Shown here: piece after piece, positions 1-10,590 of the stretch
Numbering within the stretch: the first letter of the stretch is position 1
Layout of the letters: each line of letters begins with the position of its first letter
Sequence record: SRR20825019_2135
DNA length: 42,751 bases
Reading direction: 5' to 3' (one strand)
Translations under genes and position numbers: made by a program
The notes under the pieces: model-generated
The model's database searches: none
Told to the model about the DNA's origin: nothing
What the model saw: the letters and a program-made list of their open reading frames with translations, nothing else

Positions 1-412
1 GAGCGGCGGAAGCGCCGATCATGGCGACAATGTCGCTATCGTTCTCAAGGTCATGGCTCAGAACGGTACAGATAACCTGTACTTCGTTTTTGAACCCGCT
101 TGGGAACAGAGGACGGATCGGACGGTCGATCAGGCGGCTTACGAGCGTTTCTTTCTCGGATGGGCGACCTTCACGTTTGAAGAAACCGCCGGGGATTTTG
201 CCGGCAGCGTAGAATTTTTCGATATAGTTTACCGTGAGGGGGAAGAAGTCTTGCCCTGGCTTCACGGACTTGGCGCCAACAACGGTACAAAGTACTTCGG
301 TGTCACCATATTTGGCCATTACGGCCCCGCCAGCTTGTCTTGCTACGTGACCGGTTTCTAGAGAGAGGGTACGGCCGCCCCATTCGATTTCTTTGCGATG
401 GATATTGAACAT
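1..412 (-). CDS. pnp: polyribonucleotide nucleotidyltransferase (PNPase), 5' part; runs off the window edge
   Basis: Not in ORF track. Manual translation from ATG at 412: [31 protein letters not shown]...[49 protein letters not shown]; directly downstream of rpsO. Confidence 0.97.
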   Translation of the reverse strand, partial: MFNIHRKEIEWGGRTLSLETGHVARQAGGAVMAKYGDTEVLCTVVGAKSVKPGQDFFPLTVNYIEKFYAAGKIPGGFFKREGRPSEKETLVSRLIDRPIRPLFPSGFKNEVQVICTVLSHDLENDSDIVAMIGASAA

Positions 413-579
413 TTTCTAACCTTTCAGCAGCTACCCAGGTATCGCACTTCAAGCCGGGTAACCTTGGCGCATCCCGTATGAATACGCCCCGCTTTTCATA
501 TATATCCCAGGCCTCCCGGATTAGAGACCAAGGTGCTTTCTAAAATGCTTAAGGGGCCTGAAGCCCCCCGGAAGCAGGA

Positions 580-603
580 AGGCCGGTTCCTTTGAACCGG
601 CCT
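580..603 (-). terminator. GC-rich hairpin after rpsO (terminator or processing stem)
   Basis: AGGCCGGTTC-CTTT-GAACCGGCCT perfect 10-bp stem about 20 nt after the rpsO stop; U-tract weak. Confidence 0.55.
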
Positions 604-621
604 CCTTGAACTATGTCTGGT

Positions 622-891
622 TTATTTCCTGAGACCCAGGCGACCGATCAGCGTTGTGTAGCGACCTTCGTCTTTGGACTTGAGGTAATCCAGCAGTTTG
701 CGACGCTGGTTAACCATCTTGATCAGGCCACGGCGGGAATGGTTATCCTTTTTGTGGTCTTTAAAGTGGTCTGTCAGTGTCACAATACGCGACGTCAGAA
801 TAGCAACCTGTACCTCTGGGGAACCAGTGTCGCCTTCGTGTGTGGCGTATTCTGTAATCAGTTCTTGTTTCCGTTCAGCAGTGATCGACAT
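622..891 (-). CDS. rpsO: 30S ribosomal protein S15
   Basis: [12 protein letters not shown]...[32 protein letters not shown] before ATG at 891; 89 aa. Confidence 0.98.
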   Translation of the reverse strand: MSITAERKQELITEYATHEGDTGSPEVQVAILTSRIVTLTDHFKDHKKDNHSRRGLIKMVNQRRKLLDYLKSKDEGRYTTLIGRLGLRK

Positions 892-910
892 CGATCTTCT
901 CCTAAAAAAA

Positions 911-1810
911 TTACATATTGAAGACCCGCAGGGACCTGACTGTGCCGTCTTTGTTTTCAGCGATCGCCAGAGGCGTATCGCCAAACATCAACACAATGGT
1001 TCCTTGCTTAGCCGTGGGCAGTTGGAGGGTTTGGCCGCAACGTATGCGATCTGCCTCCGGTTCGGTTACGGCAACCGCCGGGATGTCGTCCAGCGCCGTC
1101 GTAATCGGACATAGGTAGTCCACAGCGCGCGCACTATGGCCCAACTCATCCAGCATTTCCAGCGAAATCGCCCCTTTGAGCGTGAACGGACCGACCCTCA
1201 GGCGCCTCAGCGCTGTCACATGCCCACACGTACCAAGGGCCTTGGCGATATCGCGCGCGAGCGAGCGCACATAGGTGCCCTTGCCACAGCTCACATGCAG
1301 GTCAGCGCTGCCAGCGTCTGCATCAAAACCAGTCAAGCTAAGTGATTGAATTTCAACCGTTCTTGGTTTCAATTCAACTTCCTGGCCGTCGCGTGCAAGC
1401 TTATAGGCCCGTTGGCCGTCTATCTTGATCGCGCTATAGGCCGGAGGGACCTGCTCAATCGAGCCTGTGAAATCAGGCAGGATCGCCGCCACTTCCGCTT
1501 CCGAAGGGATTCGACCGCCATCCTCTATTACGGCGCCTTCAAGGTCGTCCGAATCGGTCGCGGAGCCGAATCTCACGGTAAACGCATATTCTTTTGTGGC
1601 ATCCACAATGAAGGGCATGGCTTTGGTGGCTTCACCAAGGCCGATAGGCAAAATGCCGGAGGCCAGCGGGTCAAGTGTGCCGCCGTGACCAACCTTCTGG
1701 GCTTTGGTGAGATATTTAACGCGGGAAACGACTTTAGCGCTTGAAAGCCCCAGTGGTTTGTCGATGACCATCCAGCCGTCGATCTTGTCGCCCTTGCGCC
1801 GCCTTGCCAT
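911..1810 (-). CDS. truB: tRNA pseudouridine(55) synthase
   Basis: [39 protein letters not shown] motifs; rbfA-truB-rpsO context. Confidence 0.97.
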   Translation of the reverse strand: MARRRKGDKIDGWMVIDKPLGLSSAKVVSRVKYLTKAQKVGHGGTLDPLASGILPIGLGEATKAMPFIVDATKEYAFTVRFGSATDSDDLEGAVIEDGGRIPSEAEVAAILPDFTGSIEQVPPAYSAIKIDGQRAYKLARDGQEVELKPRTVEIQSLSLTGFDADAGSADLHVSCGKGTYVRSLARDIAKALGTCGHVTALRRLRVGPFTLKGAISLEMLDELGHSARAVDYLCPITTALDDIPAVAVTEPEADRIRCGQTLQLPTAKQGTIVLMFGDTPLAIAENKDGTVRSLRVFNM

Positions 1811-1812
1811 CG

Positions 1813-2280
1813 CTACTCTTCGTCGTCACCGACGGCGCGCTTGCCATCGTCGCCGAGCTCGTCTTCGTCCACTTCGTCGTGATCCTCGTCTTCATGATCA
1901 AGATCGCGGGTTACCCGTGGGTCGCGCAGCAGCGCATCAATATGGCTGGCTTCGTCGAAGCTTTCGTCAATTTTGAAATTAAGCCGCGGCATATATTTCA
2001 TATGCACAGACTTGCTGAGCTCACCCCGCAGGAAGGCCGAGTTTTTATTAAGTGCCTTGGTGATCACGCCTTTCGGGTCACCGCCAAGCGGCATCACGAA
2101 CACGGTTGCGTTCCTGAGGTCAGGGCTGATGCGCACCTCAGACACTGTCACAGAAGCGCCGGCCAGATCTTTGTCCTGCACGTCACCGCGCTGCAGAATG
2201 GACGAGATTGCATGCCGCACATTCTCGCCAACCCGCAATAGCCGGAGGCTAGGGCCTTTGGCATGTTGAGATCTGGACAT
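1813..2280 (-). CDS. rbfA: ribosome-binding factor A, with acidic C-terminal tail
   Basis: RLLRVGENVRHAIS, VTVSEVRISPDLRNATVFV, PRLNFKIDESF. Confidence 0.96.
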   Translation of the reverse strand: MSRSQHAKGPSLRLLRVGENVRHAISSILQRGDVQDKDLAGASVTVSEVRISPDLRNATVFVMPLGGDPKGVITKALNKNSAFLRGELSKSVHMKYMPRLNFKIDESFDEASHIDALLRDPRVTRDLDHEDEDHDEVDEDELGDDGKRAVGDDEE

Positions 2281-2324
2281 CAGTTCAAACCTTAATAGTC
2301 GGTCGGGGATGTTGAACGCAGGCC

Positions 2325-4937
2325 CTAAAGCTTGCGTTCAATTTCCAACAGTTCGTAAACTTCGAGAACGTCACCGGCTTTAAAATCGTGATAGTTCTCG
2401 AACGTCAGGCCACAATCCTGGCCGGAGCGAACTTCTTTCACATCATCCTTGAAGCGGCGCAGGTTCTCGATCTGGCCTTCATAGATGATCACATCATCAC
2501 GAAGGATACGGGCCTTGAGGTCGTTGCGGATCGAACCTTCAACCACAAAACAACCAGCCGCTTTGCCAGCTTTACCAGCCTGAAAGGCTTCGCGAATTTC
2601 CGCCTGACCAATGACGTTTTCTTTGAACTCCGGCCCAAGCTGACCAGCCATTGCCGCTTTCACTTCGTCGATCAGATCGTAAATCACAGAATAATATTTG
2701 ATGGTCACGCCTTCAGCTTCCGCCGCATCGCGCGCCTGTTTGTTCGGGCGTACGTTAAAGCCCATCACAAGTGCACCCGATGCCTGCGCCAGCGTAATAT
2801 CGGTTTCCGTGATACCGCCAACTGCACCGTGGATCACACGACACTGAATGTCGTCGTTACCAGCTTTTTGCAGGGACTGCGTAATCGCCTCAACCGACCC
2901 TTGCACGTCGCCTTTTACAACAACGTCAAAGGTCTGCATGCCTTCGTTTTCTTTCATCTGGCTGAAGATGCTTTCAAGCGTCTTCGGTGCCGCAACAGCT
3001 GCCTGACGTTTCTTGCGCTGCATATCCTGACGATAGCTTGTCACTTCACGTGCCCGTGCCTCGTTATCAACTACAGCAAAGTCATCACCTGCACCCGGCG
3101 CACCGTTAAGGCCAAGCACCTCAACCGGCTGGCTTGGGCCAGCTTCCGTTACCTGCTCGCCCTTGTCGTTAACAAGCGCACGCACCCGACCCCACTCTGG
3201 GCCCGCAACGAAGATGTCACCAACACGCAGCGTACCGCGCTGTACCAGAACGGTCGCAACAGGGCCGCGGCCTTTATCAAGCTTGGCTTCAACAACAACA
3301 CCTTCCGCTTCGCGGTTCGGGTTGGCTTTCAGCTCAAGAATTTCCGCCTGCAGGGCAATCGCTTCCTTGAGTTTATCAAGGCCCGCGCCCGTCTTGGCCG
3401 AAACTTCAACTTCCTGCGTATCGCCGGAGAAGCTCTCGGTTACCACTTCGTGCTGCAACAGCTCGTTACGAACACGGTCAGGGTTTGCGCCTTCACGGTC
3501 CATCTTGTTGATGGCCACGATGATCGGCACGCCCGCCGCTTTGGAGTGGTGGATCGCCTCAATGGTTTGTGGCATCACGCCGTCATCGGCCGCAACCACG
3601 AGGATCACGATATCGGTAGCGCTTGCACCCCGCGCCCGCATCTGCGTGAACGCAGCGTGGCCCGGTGTATCAAGGAAAGTAATCTTGTTGTCGCCAACAC
3701 TTACCTGATAGGCACCGATGTGCTGCGTGATACCGCCAGCTTCGCCTGATACAACGTTAGCCTCACGAAGGGCATCAAGAAGCGAGGTTTTACCGTGGTC
3801 AACGTGGCCCATAACGGTCACGATCGGTGCACGGGTTACCATATCGCCTTCGTGATCATCCTCACCTACGAGGCCAATCTCAACGTCTGCATCGCTAACG
3901 CGTTTTGGTGTGTGGCCCATCTCGGTCACAACAAGCTCGGCAGTATCCTGATCAAGTGTCTGGTTGATGGTGGCCATTACGCCTATGCCCATCAGGGTCT
4001 TGATCACGAAAGTTGCCTTTTCAGCCATCCGGTTCGCGAGTTCCTGAACCGTAATGGCTTCAGGGATAGTGATCTCACGAGCCTGCTTGGGCTGGTTAGC
4101 GCTCGAATCGTGCGCCTGGCGCTTTTTCGCCTGTGCGCGTTTAAAGGCTGCGAGTGAGCGCTGGCGCTCATCACCGCCAGACAGTGCACTTGAAATCGTC
4201 AGACGACCGCCGCGGCGATCATCACGGCCACGGGTGCGTGCTGGACGATCAGCCGCTGGGGCTGCGCCACCTTTTTTACGCTTGCCACGGGATTTGCGAT
4301 CATCATCGCTTTCCGCTTCTTTGCCGCCGCCAGCCTGACGTGCTTCACTTGCTTTCTTGAGCTGCACTGCGCGGGCTTCAAGCTCGGATTTCTTCTTGGC
4401 TTCAGACTCCGCTTTCTCGCGGGTTGCCAGGTCGTCAGCGACCTTTTTCTCAGCCTCGGCAGCAGCCTTCTTTTTGGCCTCTGCTTCTTTCTTGGCTTTC
4501 ATTTCCGCTTCAGCGCGCGTGCGGGCATCTGCCTCATCATCACGAGCAGCCTCTTCCGCAGCTTCGCGTATCTTACGCTCTGCAGCTTCCTTGGCTTCCC
4601 GAACTTCACGCTCTTTTTCTTCCACCTCAGCGCGGCGCTTCGCTTCTTCAAGCACGCGCACGCGGGTTTCCTGCTCGGCACTCGTCAGGTTCCGCGCGCC
4701 TTCGCTCCCTGGCTTTTTAGGCACATAGGTTTTAGGCGCTTTGCGCTGCACCGGGGCTTCCTGCTGAGGGGTCTCAGCGGCGCCGCCTTTGTGGAGAACA
4801 CGCTTTTTCTTACGCTCGACAACAACTGCCTTGCTGCGCCCGTGGCTGAAGCTTTGACGAACCTGACCGGTCTCAACCCCCTTGTTTACTCCAAGAGTGC
4901 CGCGTCCGGACAATGTCAGTTTCTTTTCGTCGCTCAT
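2325..4937 (-). CDS. infB: translation initiation factor IF-2
   Basis: [35 protein letters not shown]-domain motifs; N-terminal [16 protein letters not shown] typical of alphaproteobacteria; start placed at MSDEKK. Confidence 0.98.
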   Translation of the reverse strand: MSDEKKLTLSGRGTLGVNKGVETGQVRQSFSHGRSKAVVVERKKKRVLHKGGAAETPQQEAPVQRKAPKTYVPKKPGSEGARNLTSAEQETRVRVLEEAKRRAEVEEKEREVREAKEAAERKIREAAEEAARDDEADARTRAEAEMKAKKEAEAKKKAAAEAEKKVADDLATREKAESEAKKKSELEARAVQLKKASEARQAGGGKEAESDDDRKSRGKRKKGGAAPAADRPARTRGRDDRRGGRLTISSALSGGDERQRSLAAFKRAQAKKRQAHDSSANQPKQAREITIPEAITVQELANRMAEKATFVIKTLMGIGVMATINQTLDQDTAELVVTEMGHTPKRVSDADVEIGLVGEDDHEGDMVTRAPIVTVMGHVDHGKTSLLDALREANVVSGEAGGITQHIGAYQVSVGDNKITFLDTPGHAAFTQMRARGASATDIVILVVAADDGVMPQTIEAIHHSKAAGVPIIVAINKMDREGANPDRVRNELLQHEVVTESFSGDTQEVEVSAKTGAGLDKLKEAIALQAEILELKANPNREAEGVVVEAKLDKGRGPVATVLVQRGTLRVGDIFVAGPEWGRVRALVNDKGEQVTEAGPSQPVEVLGLNGAPGAGDDFAVVDNEARAREVTSYRQDMQRKKRQAAVAAPKTLESIFSQMKENEGMQTFDVVVKGDVQGSVEAITQSLQKAGNDDIQCRVIHGAVGGITETDITLAQASGALVMGFNVRPNKQARDAAEAEGVTIKYYSVIYDLIDEVKAAMAGQLGPEFKENVIGQAEIREAFQAGKAGKAAGCFVVEGSIRNDLKARILRDDVIIYEGQIENLRRFKDDVKEVRSGQDCGLTFENYHDFKAGDVLEVYELLEIERKL

Positions 4938-4938
4938 A

Positions 4939-5595
4939 TTACTCTTCGTTCCCTTGCGCTTCACAAGTCTGCGGATCATATCCGCGTAAACTCAATAGGC
5001 GGCCAATATCGGCCTTTAATTTTTCTGCACCGCCGCTTGATAGCAAAAGTGCATGAACCACATTTTCCCGCCCCAGCGCTTTCGAGAGCACTTCGCGGTC
5101 AAACAGCGACACAACAGGCACATCCGCGCCAACTGCCGCTTTAATCTTTCGGCGCCCATCGTCGGCACCGTCACTGGCGGCAAACAAAAGTGCCGGTTTC
5201 CCAGCTCCTTTTTTGGTGAGCGCGATTTTGATCTTGTCAAAACCTGTCACCAGATTGCCTGCCCGCTTCTCAAGCCCCAGCCTGTCAAGGCAGCGCCGTG
5301 ACAGAAGGCGATCAAGAAGATCAACCAGATCTTCCGGCACCGATTCACGGCGGATCGTGGTTTTAAGCGACCGGCTAGCTGCTTTGGCGAGCTTGCCGTC
5401 TTTGACAGCGGCTCTCAGCGCGTCACCGTCGACGCTTACCCACATTCCCCGTCCGGGCAACCGGGCGGCCACATCAGGCACTATCATGCCATCCGGGCCT
5501 AGGGCGAGACGAACCAGAACATCCTCCGGTTTCGCCTCATGATTTAATATACACCGCCGTTCGCGCACCTTCGGCTCCTCAAACATGCGGGGCAT
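4939..5595 (-). CDS. YlxR/DUF448 RNA-binding protein fused to an L7Ae-like domain
   Basis: ERRCI...RLPGRGMWV signature; C-terminal LVTGFDK..AASDGA..LGRENVVHA; lies between nusA and infB. Confidence 0.88.
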   Translation of the reverse strand: MPRMFEEPKVRERRCILNHEAKPEDVLVRLALGPDGMIVPDVAARLPGRGMWVSVDGDALRAAVKDGKLAKAASRSLKTTIRRESVPEDLVDLLDRLLSRRCLDRLGLEKRAGNLVTGFDKIKIALTKKGAGKPALLFAASDGADDGRRKIKAAVGADVPVVSLFDREVLSKALGRENVVHALLLSSGGAEKLKADIGRLLSLRGYDPQTCEAQGNEE

Positions 5596-5604
5596 GGCGA
5601 AGGA

Positions 5605-7302
5605 TTACTCCTTCTCCGCAGCCTCAACAGGTGCGGCTTCGGTTTCCACTTCAGCTTCTACTTCAGTTTCAGCCTCAACTTCTGGCGCTGCCTCTGCGGC
5701 CTCACCTTCAACTTCTGCTTCTGTCTCAGCTTCTGCGTCAACTTCACCCTCGGCTTCTTCACCGTGGCCAAAAGCTTCTTCAGCAGAAATCCAGCCAAGT
5801 ACAACACGCGCGGACATGATCATGCCGCTTGCATCGTCTTCAACAAGACCGAAGGCTTTCAGGATACCGTCGTCTTTACTTGTCAGCTCATCCGCAGCAC
5901 AGCCTGCAAAGTCTTCAAGCGTTTTCACTTCCGCTTCACCAAGCACCACAAGCATTTGTGGTGTCAGGCCTTCCACGTCAGCAAGGTCGTCAGACACACC
6001 AAGCTCAACGCGCTTTTCGTCAGCTGCGCGGGCTTCGGCTTCCAAGAAATCACGGGCACGGCGCTGAAGCTCTTCAACAAGACCTTCATCAAAGCCTTCC
6101 ACGGCCAGAAGCTCCTCAGGTTCAACATACCCGATTTCTTCCACTTCCGTGAAGCCTTCTGCAACAAGAAGGTGCGCAAGTGTATCATCCACGTCCAGCG
6201 CTTCAACAAAACGCTTCGACTGGCTCATGAACTCTTCCTGGCGGCGTTCGCTTTCTTCCGCCTCGGTCATGATGTCGATGGTCCACCCCGTAAGCTGGCT
6301 CGCAAGCCGCACGTTCTGGCCACGACGACCGATCGCAAGCGAAAGCTGGTCATCAGGAACAACCACTTCCACGCGGGAGCGTTCTTCATCAAGCACAACC
6401 TTGGAAACTTCAGCAGGCTGCAGCGCGTTCACAATGAAAGACGCCACATCGCCGGACCAAGGAATGATATCGATCTTCTCGCCCTGCAGTTCGTTTACAA
6501 CGGCCTGCACACGAGAACCACGCATACCCACACAAGCACCAACCGGATCGATGGAACCGTCGTTTGACAGTACTGCGATCTTGGCACGGCTGCCCGGGTC
6601 ACGAGCAACAGAGCGAATCTCAATGATGCCGTCATAAATTTCAGGCACTTCCTGCGCAAACAGCGCAGCCATGAAATCAGGCTTGGTACGAGACATGAAA
6701 ATCTGCGGGCCGCGGTTTTCACGGCGCACTTCATAAATGAAACCACGGATACGTTCGTTTTGGCGGATATGTTCACGCGGGATCACCTGGTCGCGGCGCA
6801 TGATGGCTTCCGCACGACCCATGTCCACAATCACGTTGCCATATTCAACGCGCTTGACCACGCCGGTAATAACCTCACCCACACGGTCTTTATATTCGTC
6901 ATACTGGCGCTGGCGCTCAGCGTCGCGCACCTTCTGCACAATAACCTGTTTCGCGGTCTGCGCTGCGATACGGCCAAAGTCCATCGGCGGCAGGGAGGAT
7001 GCCAGATAATCGCCAACTTCAGCGTCAGCTTTATCAAGCCGCGCATCCTGAAGGCTGATCTGGATCGCTGGTTCTTCAACTTCCTCAACAACCTCAAGAA
7101 CCCGGAAAAGACGGATGTCGCCGGTGTTTTTGTCGATCTGCGCCCGGATCTCGTTTTCCGCGCCATAGCGTGACCGCGCGGCTTTCTGGATCGCCTCTTC
7201 CATCGCTTCAAGCACGATGTCTTTGTCGATCGATTTCTCGCGCGCTACGAGATCTGCAATTTGCAGCAGTTCCAACCTATTTGCACTGACAGCAGCAGCC
7301 AT
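5605..7302 (-). CDS. nusA: transcription termination/antitermination factor NusA
   Basis: FGRIAAQTAKQVI, ARDPGSRAKIAV, DPVGACVGMRGSRV, SLAIGRRGQNVRLA; long Glu/Ala-rich tail; start 7302 or 7305. Confidence 0.98.
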   Translation of the reverse strand: MAAAVSANRLELLQIADLVAREKSIDKDIVLEAMEEAIQKAARSRYGAENEIRAQIDKNTGDIRLFRVLEVVEEVEEPAIQISLQDARLDKADAEVGDYLASSLPPMDFGRIAAQTAKQVIVQKVRDAERQRQYDEYKDRVGEVITGVVKRVEYGNVIVDMGRAEAIMRRDQVIPREHIRQNERIRGFIYEVRRENRGPQIFMSRTKPDFMAALFAQEVPEIYDGIIEIRSVARDPGSRAKIAVLSNDGSIDPVGACVGMRGSRVQAVVNELQGEKIDIIPWSGDVASFIVNALQPAEVSKVVLDEERSRVEVVVPDDQLSLAIGRRGQNVRLASQLTGWTIDIMTEAEESERRQEEFMSQSKRFVEALDVDDTLAHLLVAEGFTEVEEIGYVEPEELLAVEGFDEGLVEELQRRARDFLEAEARAADEKRVELGVSDDLADVEGLTPQMLVVLGEAEVKTLEDFAGCAADELTSKDDGILKAFGLVEDDASGMIMSARVVLGWISAEEAFGHGEEAEGEVDAEAETEAEVEGEAAEAAPEVEAETEVEAEVETEAAPVEAAEKE

Positions 7303-7383
7303 CATCTTCACTCCGTCGCTTTCAGGGCATGAGCACCGGGCAAGCCCGATGTCCGTGCAAAAACTTCATTCACAGGCTTCAGC

Positions 7384-7905
7384 TCACTCGGAAGCAGCTT
7401 CAGCCTCGCTTTTCTTTTCCGCTGCACTTTTTTGTACAGCTTCAAGAAGCTCATCTGTCATCAGGAGCTTGGCTTTAGCGATCTCGCCAAATTCAATCTC
7501 CACCACACCTTCATCCGTTTCCATTATCAGCATGGCACCATCAAACGATGTCATGCGACCCCGATAACGGCGGCGGCCATCCATCTGAACCCCAAGCTCA
7601 ACTTTGGCATCAAAACCAAGCCAGCGTTCAAAATCCTTTGGCCGGGTTAACGGCCGATCAATACCGGGCGAGCTGACCTCAAGGAGGTATTCACCAGGCA
7701 GTGGGTCTTCCACGTCAAGAATGAGCGAAAGTTCCCGGGACAGTTTTGCACAATCTTCAACACCCATGGTGCCGTCTGGCCGTTCCGCCATAATCTGCAG
7801 CGTGGGCTTGCGGCCCCCACCATAGCTCACTCGAATAAGCTCGTAACCAAGCGCGGATACGGTCGGGTCAATCAGTGCAGCAATATTATCGGCGGCGTCG
7901 CTCAC
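7384..7905 (-). CDS. rimP: ribosome maturation factor RimP
   Basis: LQIMAERPDG, EDCAKLSR, YLLEVSSPGIDRPL; GTG start inferred. Confidence 0.95.
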   Translation of the reverse strand: MSDAADNIAALIDPTVSALGYELIRVSYGGGRKPTLQIMAERPDGTMGVEDCAKLSRELSLILDVEDPLPGEYLLEVSSPGIDRPLTRPKDFERWLGFDAKVELGVQMDGRRRYRGRMTSFDGAMLIMETDEGVVEIEFGEIAKAKLLMTDELLEAVQKSAAEKKSEAEAASE

Positions 7906-8017
7906 CAATTCTGTCCTTTCGTCTACTTCCCTATCGGGCCAACACGTAACAAAAGTTCCTGACAATTATACGGCAGAAACAATGCCCAAAACACTCTAGA
8001 TGTGGGTTATCGCGGGC

Positions 8018-8036
8018 AGTGGGTTTTAACCCACTC
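8018..8036 (-). promoter_or_regulatory. rimP-leader hairpin
   Basis: Minus strand GAGTGGGTT-AA-AACCCACT matches the GAGTGGG...CCCACT hairpin conserved upstream of rimP-nusA-infB operons. Confidence 0.7.
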
Positions 8037-8074
8037 CTGTGAAAGTTGACCAATCATCTAGGAGAAGCGGCCCC

Positions 8075-8103
8075 TGTATACAGCCAAGTGTCCCTACTCG
8101 CAA
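8075..8103 (-). promoter_or_regulatory. putative sigma70 promoter for the rimP operon
   Basis: Minus strand TTGCGA-N17-TATACA, just upstream of the leader hairpin. Confidence 0.55.
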
Positions 8104-8208
8104 GCCCGAAATCGGCTAATTCCCTGTGGCTGCCGTGTGTTGCGCATGAGCCACCCAGAACCGCACCGGTTGGACCGAGTCGTTTTTGGGAACGGATGGT
8201 TCTGATGC

Positions 8209-8931
8209 TTAGCTTCTGGGCAGGCGGCGGAAGCGGAAATAGGTTGCTCTGCCTTCAATGGCTTTCACCTCATATCGGGTTTCAGGCCAGTCGTCAGGCC
8301 GTACCAGCCAGTCATCAGGGCCTTCGGCAAGCCATTCAAACTCACAGCGTTGGCTCATCTGCAGCGCGGTCCATTCCCGGTACAGCGGGTGGTCGGTCCC
8401 GATGCGAAGCTCAGCACCGTCTTTCATGATTCGCGCAAGGTCATCAAGGTTATGTTTGTTCACGAACCGGCGCCGCGCATGGCGCGATTTGGGCCACGGG
8501 TCCGGGTGAAGTAAGAATATGCGGCTGACGCTTGCGTCCGGTAGTTTCCAGATCACATGGCGGGCGTCGTCACCATAGATGCGGATATTGCTGGTGTCCG
8601 TATGTTCAATATGGTCCAGAAGGCCCACAACACCGTTCAGATAAGGCTCGCACCCGATCACACCAACATCGCGGTGATTAGCAGCCTGCCACGCAAGGTG
8701 CTCTCCCTTGCCGAACCCGATCTCAAGCCAGACATGCTTGACCTTACCGCCAAACAGGCCACCAAGGTCGATCATGCCCTCACCCTCAGCGGGGATCGGC
8801 ACATCAAGTTTGGGCAGCAGCGCATCCATCAGCCCCTGCTGGCGCGGCGAGAAGCTTTTGCCCTTGCGGCGGCCAAAGAAGCGTTTTTCAGGGATCTGGA
8901 ATTCGCGCTTTATGTCTGTCTTGTCGGTCAT
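8209..8931 (-). CDS. trmB: tRNA (guanine-N7)-methyltransferase
   Basis: WLEIGFGKGEHL, IGCEP, HPDPWPKSRH, TRYE motifs. Confidence 0.95.
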   Translation of the reverse strand: MTDKTDIKREFQIPEKRFFGRRKGKSFSPRQQGLMDALLPKLDVPIPAEGEGMIDLGGLFGGKVKHVWLEIGFGKGEHLAWQAANHRDVGVIGCEPYLNGVVGLLDHIEHTDTSNIRIYGDDARHVIWKLPDASVSRIFLLHPDPWPKSRHARRRFVNKHNLDDLARIMKDGAELRIGTDHPLYREWTALQMSQRCEFEWLAEGPDDWLVRPDDWPETRYEVKAIEGRATYFRFRRLPRS

Positions 8932-8973
8932 GGCGGCCCCTATAGCCGATGTGGCCTCAGCTTTCAAAAGAAA

Positions 8974-10590
8974 TCAGGCATCTGCCTCAGGCTGACGCCA
9001 GACATAGATAAGCCGCGCGAACAATATAAAAGCACACAGCATCGCGGCCAGCACAACACGAAGCGCGGATGACACGGAGAACGCCTCGATCGAGCGAGGT
9101 AACGGGCTTTCAAGCACGCCTTGTTTGCCGAGCCCGAGCGATGTCACCGTGCGACCATAGGGGTCGATCACCGCGCTGATGCCCGTGCTAGCAGAGCGCA
9201 CAAGCGGCAGGCCCTCTTCAATAGCGCGCAGCCGGGCCTGTGCCAGATGCTGATATGGTCCTTCGGTCATACCGAACCAGCCGTCGTTGGTGATATTGAG
9301 AATCCATTCAGGCCTTTCGCCCTTCAGGATAACCTTGCCTGGGAACACCACTTCATAACAAATGAGCGGAGAGAAGGACGGCACACCGGGTAGCGTGAGC
9401 GTTTTAAGCGCTGCACCTTTTGACCAGGCACTACCGCCGGTAAGCTGCGCGATACCGAGCGTGTTGAGAAGGTCTTCAAACGGCAGATACTCACCAAAAG
9501 GCACCAGGTGCGTTTTGTCATAGCGCGCGTATATTTCGGCTTTTGAGTTGATGGCAAAGAGGCTGTTGTAAAAGTCTACCTTCTCGGGCGTGGCGCGGAA
9601 GCGCGGTGCACCCACAATCGCGAAGGAGCCATAATCCAGCAGTTTTGAAATGCGCCAGCGGTGAAGCGAGCCTTCACGGTCGAAGGTTTCACGCTGCACG
9701 GTGGTTTCCGGCCATATCAGCAAACGAATGCCGCGGGCCCGACCCGTATCGTCGTCACCGCGTGAAAGCTTCAGGTGTTTGTCAAAATGATCCGGGATCA
9801 GGTGCGCCAGCCATTTTTCATGCTGTTGCACATTGGCCTGCACAAGCCGCATGGAAACCGCCAGATGAAACTTGGTCTCTGCGCCAAGCAACCGGCCATA
9901 GCCAAGCGCCGCAATGCTGGCCATGAACACCAAGCCGAGCGCGGGCCACATGAACCAGAGCCTGCGATTATTGCCGTCCACCACCAGCGCGAGACTCCCC
10001 GCCGCCAGAAGCGTGAGGAAACTGAGGCCATAAACCCCGATGTAATAGCTGGCCTGCGCCATGGGCAACCATTCAGCCCATGCGGTGCCGATGAGATGCC
10101 ACGGGAAACCGGTGAAAAGAAAGCTGCGCATGACCTCAAAAAGGGTCCAGCAACTGGCAAAAATCACAATGCGAAACGCACCGCGCGCTTTAAGCCGCCA
10201 TGTCACCCAGAAGGTGAGGCCGATATAAAGCGACAGGATGGCCGAAAGCGCGAGGATAGCCACAGGAGCTAAAAGCACCGGCACAGCCTGCTGCTGGGTG
10301 AAAGAGTGGCCAATCCAGTTCAAGCCCACGGCAAAAAGGCCAAAACCCGTCCACCAGCCCACGCCAAACACACCAGCACGGGTGCGGGCATGGTCAATCA
10401 TCAGGATCATCAACGGGATAGAGATAAAGAGTAGCGGCCAGAAATTCACCGGCGCGAAGGTACGGGAAAGCAGAACACCATTAAGGAAAGCAAGCAAAGG
10501 CAAACCAAAACGGCCTTTACTGCCAAACCAATCAAAAAGGCGCGCAAAGGGCGCGCCCGTCACTCTCGTCTCGCGGTTATTTTCCGGCAT
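8974..10590 (-). CDS. lnt: apolipoprotein N-acyltransferase
   Basis: TGFPW, VQAN, IWPET, YDKTHLVPFGEY, LICYE, NITNDGWFG (E-K-C nitrilase triad); multiple TM segments. Confidence 0.96.
   Translation of the reverse strand: MPENNRETRVTGAPFARLFDWFGSKGRFGLPLLAFLNGVLLSRTFAPVNFWPLLFISIPLMILMIDHARTRAGVFGVGWWTGFGLFAVGLNWIGHSFTQQQAVPVLLAPVAILALSAILSLYIGLTFWVTWRLKARGAFRIVIFASCWTLFEVMRSFLFTGFPWHLIGTAWAEWLPMAQASYYIGVYGLSFLTLLAAGSLALVVDGNNRRLWFMWPALGLVFMASIAALGYGRLLGAETKFHLAVSMRLVQANVQQHEKWLAHLIPDHFDKHLKLSRGDDDTGRARGIRLLIWPETTVQRETFDREGSLHRWRISKLLDYGSFAIVGAPRFRATPEKVDFYNSLFAINSKAEIYARYDKTHLVPFGEYLPFEDLLNTLGIAQLTGGSAWSKGAALKTLTLPGVPSFSPLICYEVVFPGKVILKGERPEWILNITNDGWFGMTEGPYQHLAQARLRAIEEGLPLVRSASTGISAVIDPYGRTVTSLGLGKQGVLESPLPRSIEAFSVSSALRVVLAAMLCAFILFARLIYVWRQPEADA

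Noticed and set aside
892-984. N-terminal extension of rpsO, or an S15 autoregulatory leader
   Set aside because: Overlaps truB; the RBS supports ATG at 891; no leader structure could be supported by eye
2388-3749. 453-aa plus-strand ORF, and similar ORFs such as 5764-6567, 10238-11197 and 32710-33702
   Set aside because: Antisense shadows of well-supported genes with biased codon usage; no motifs
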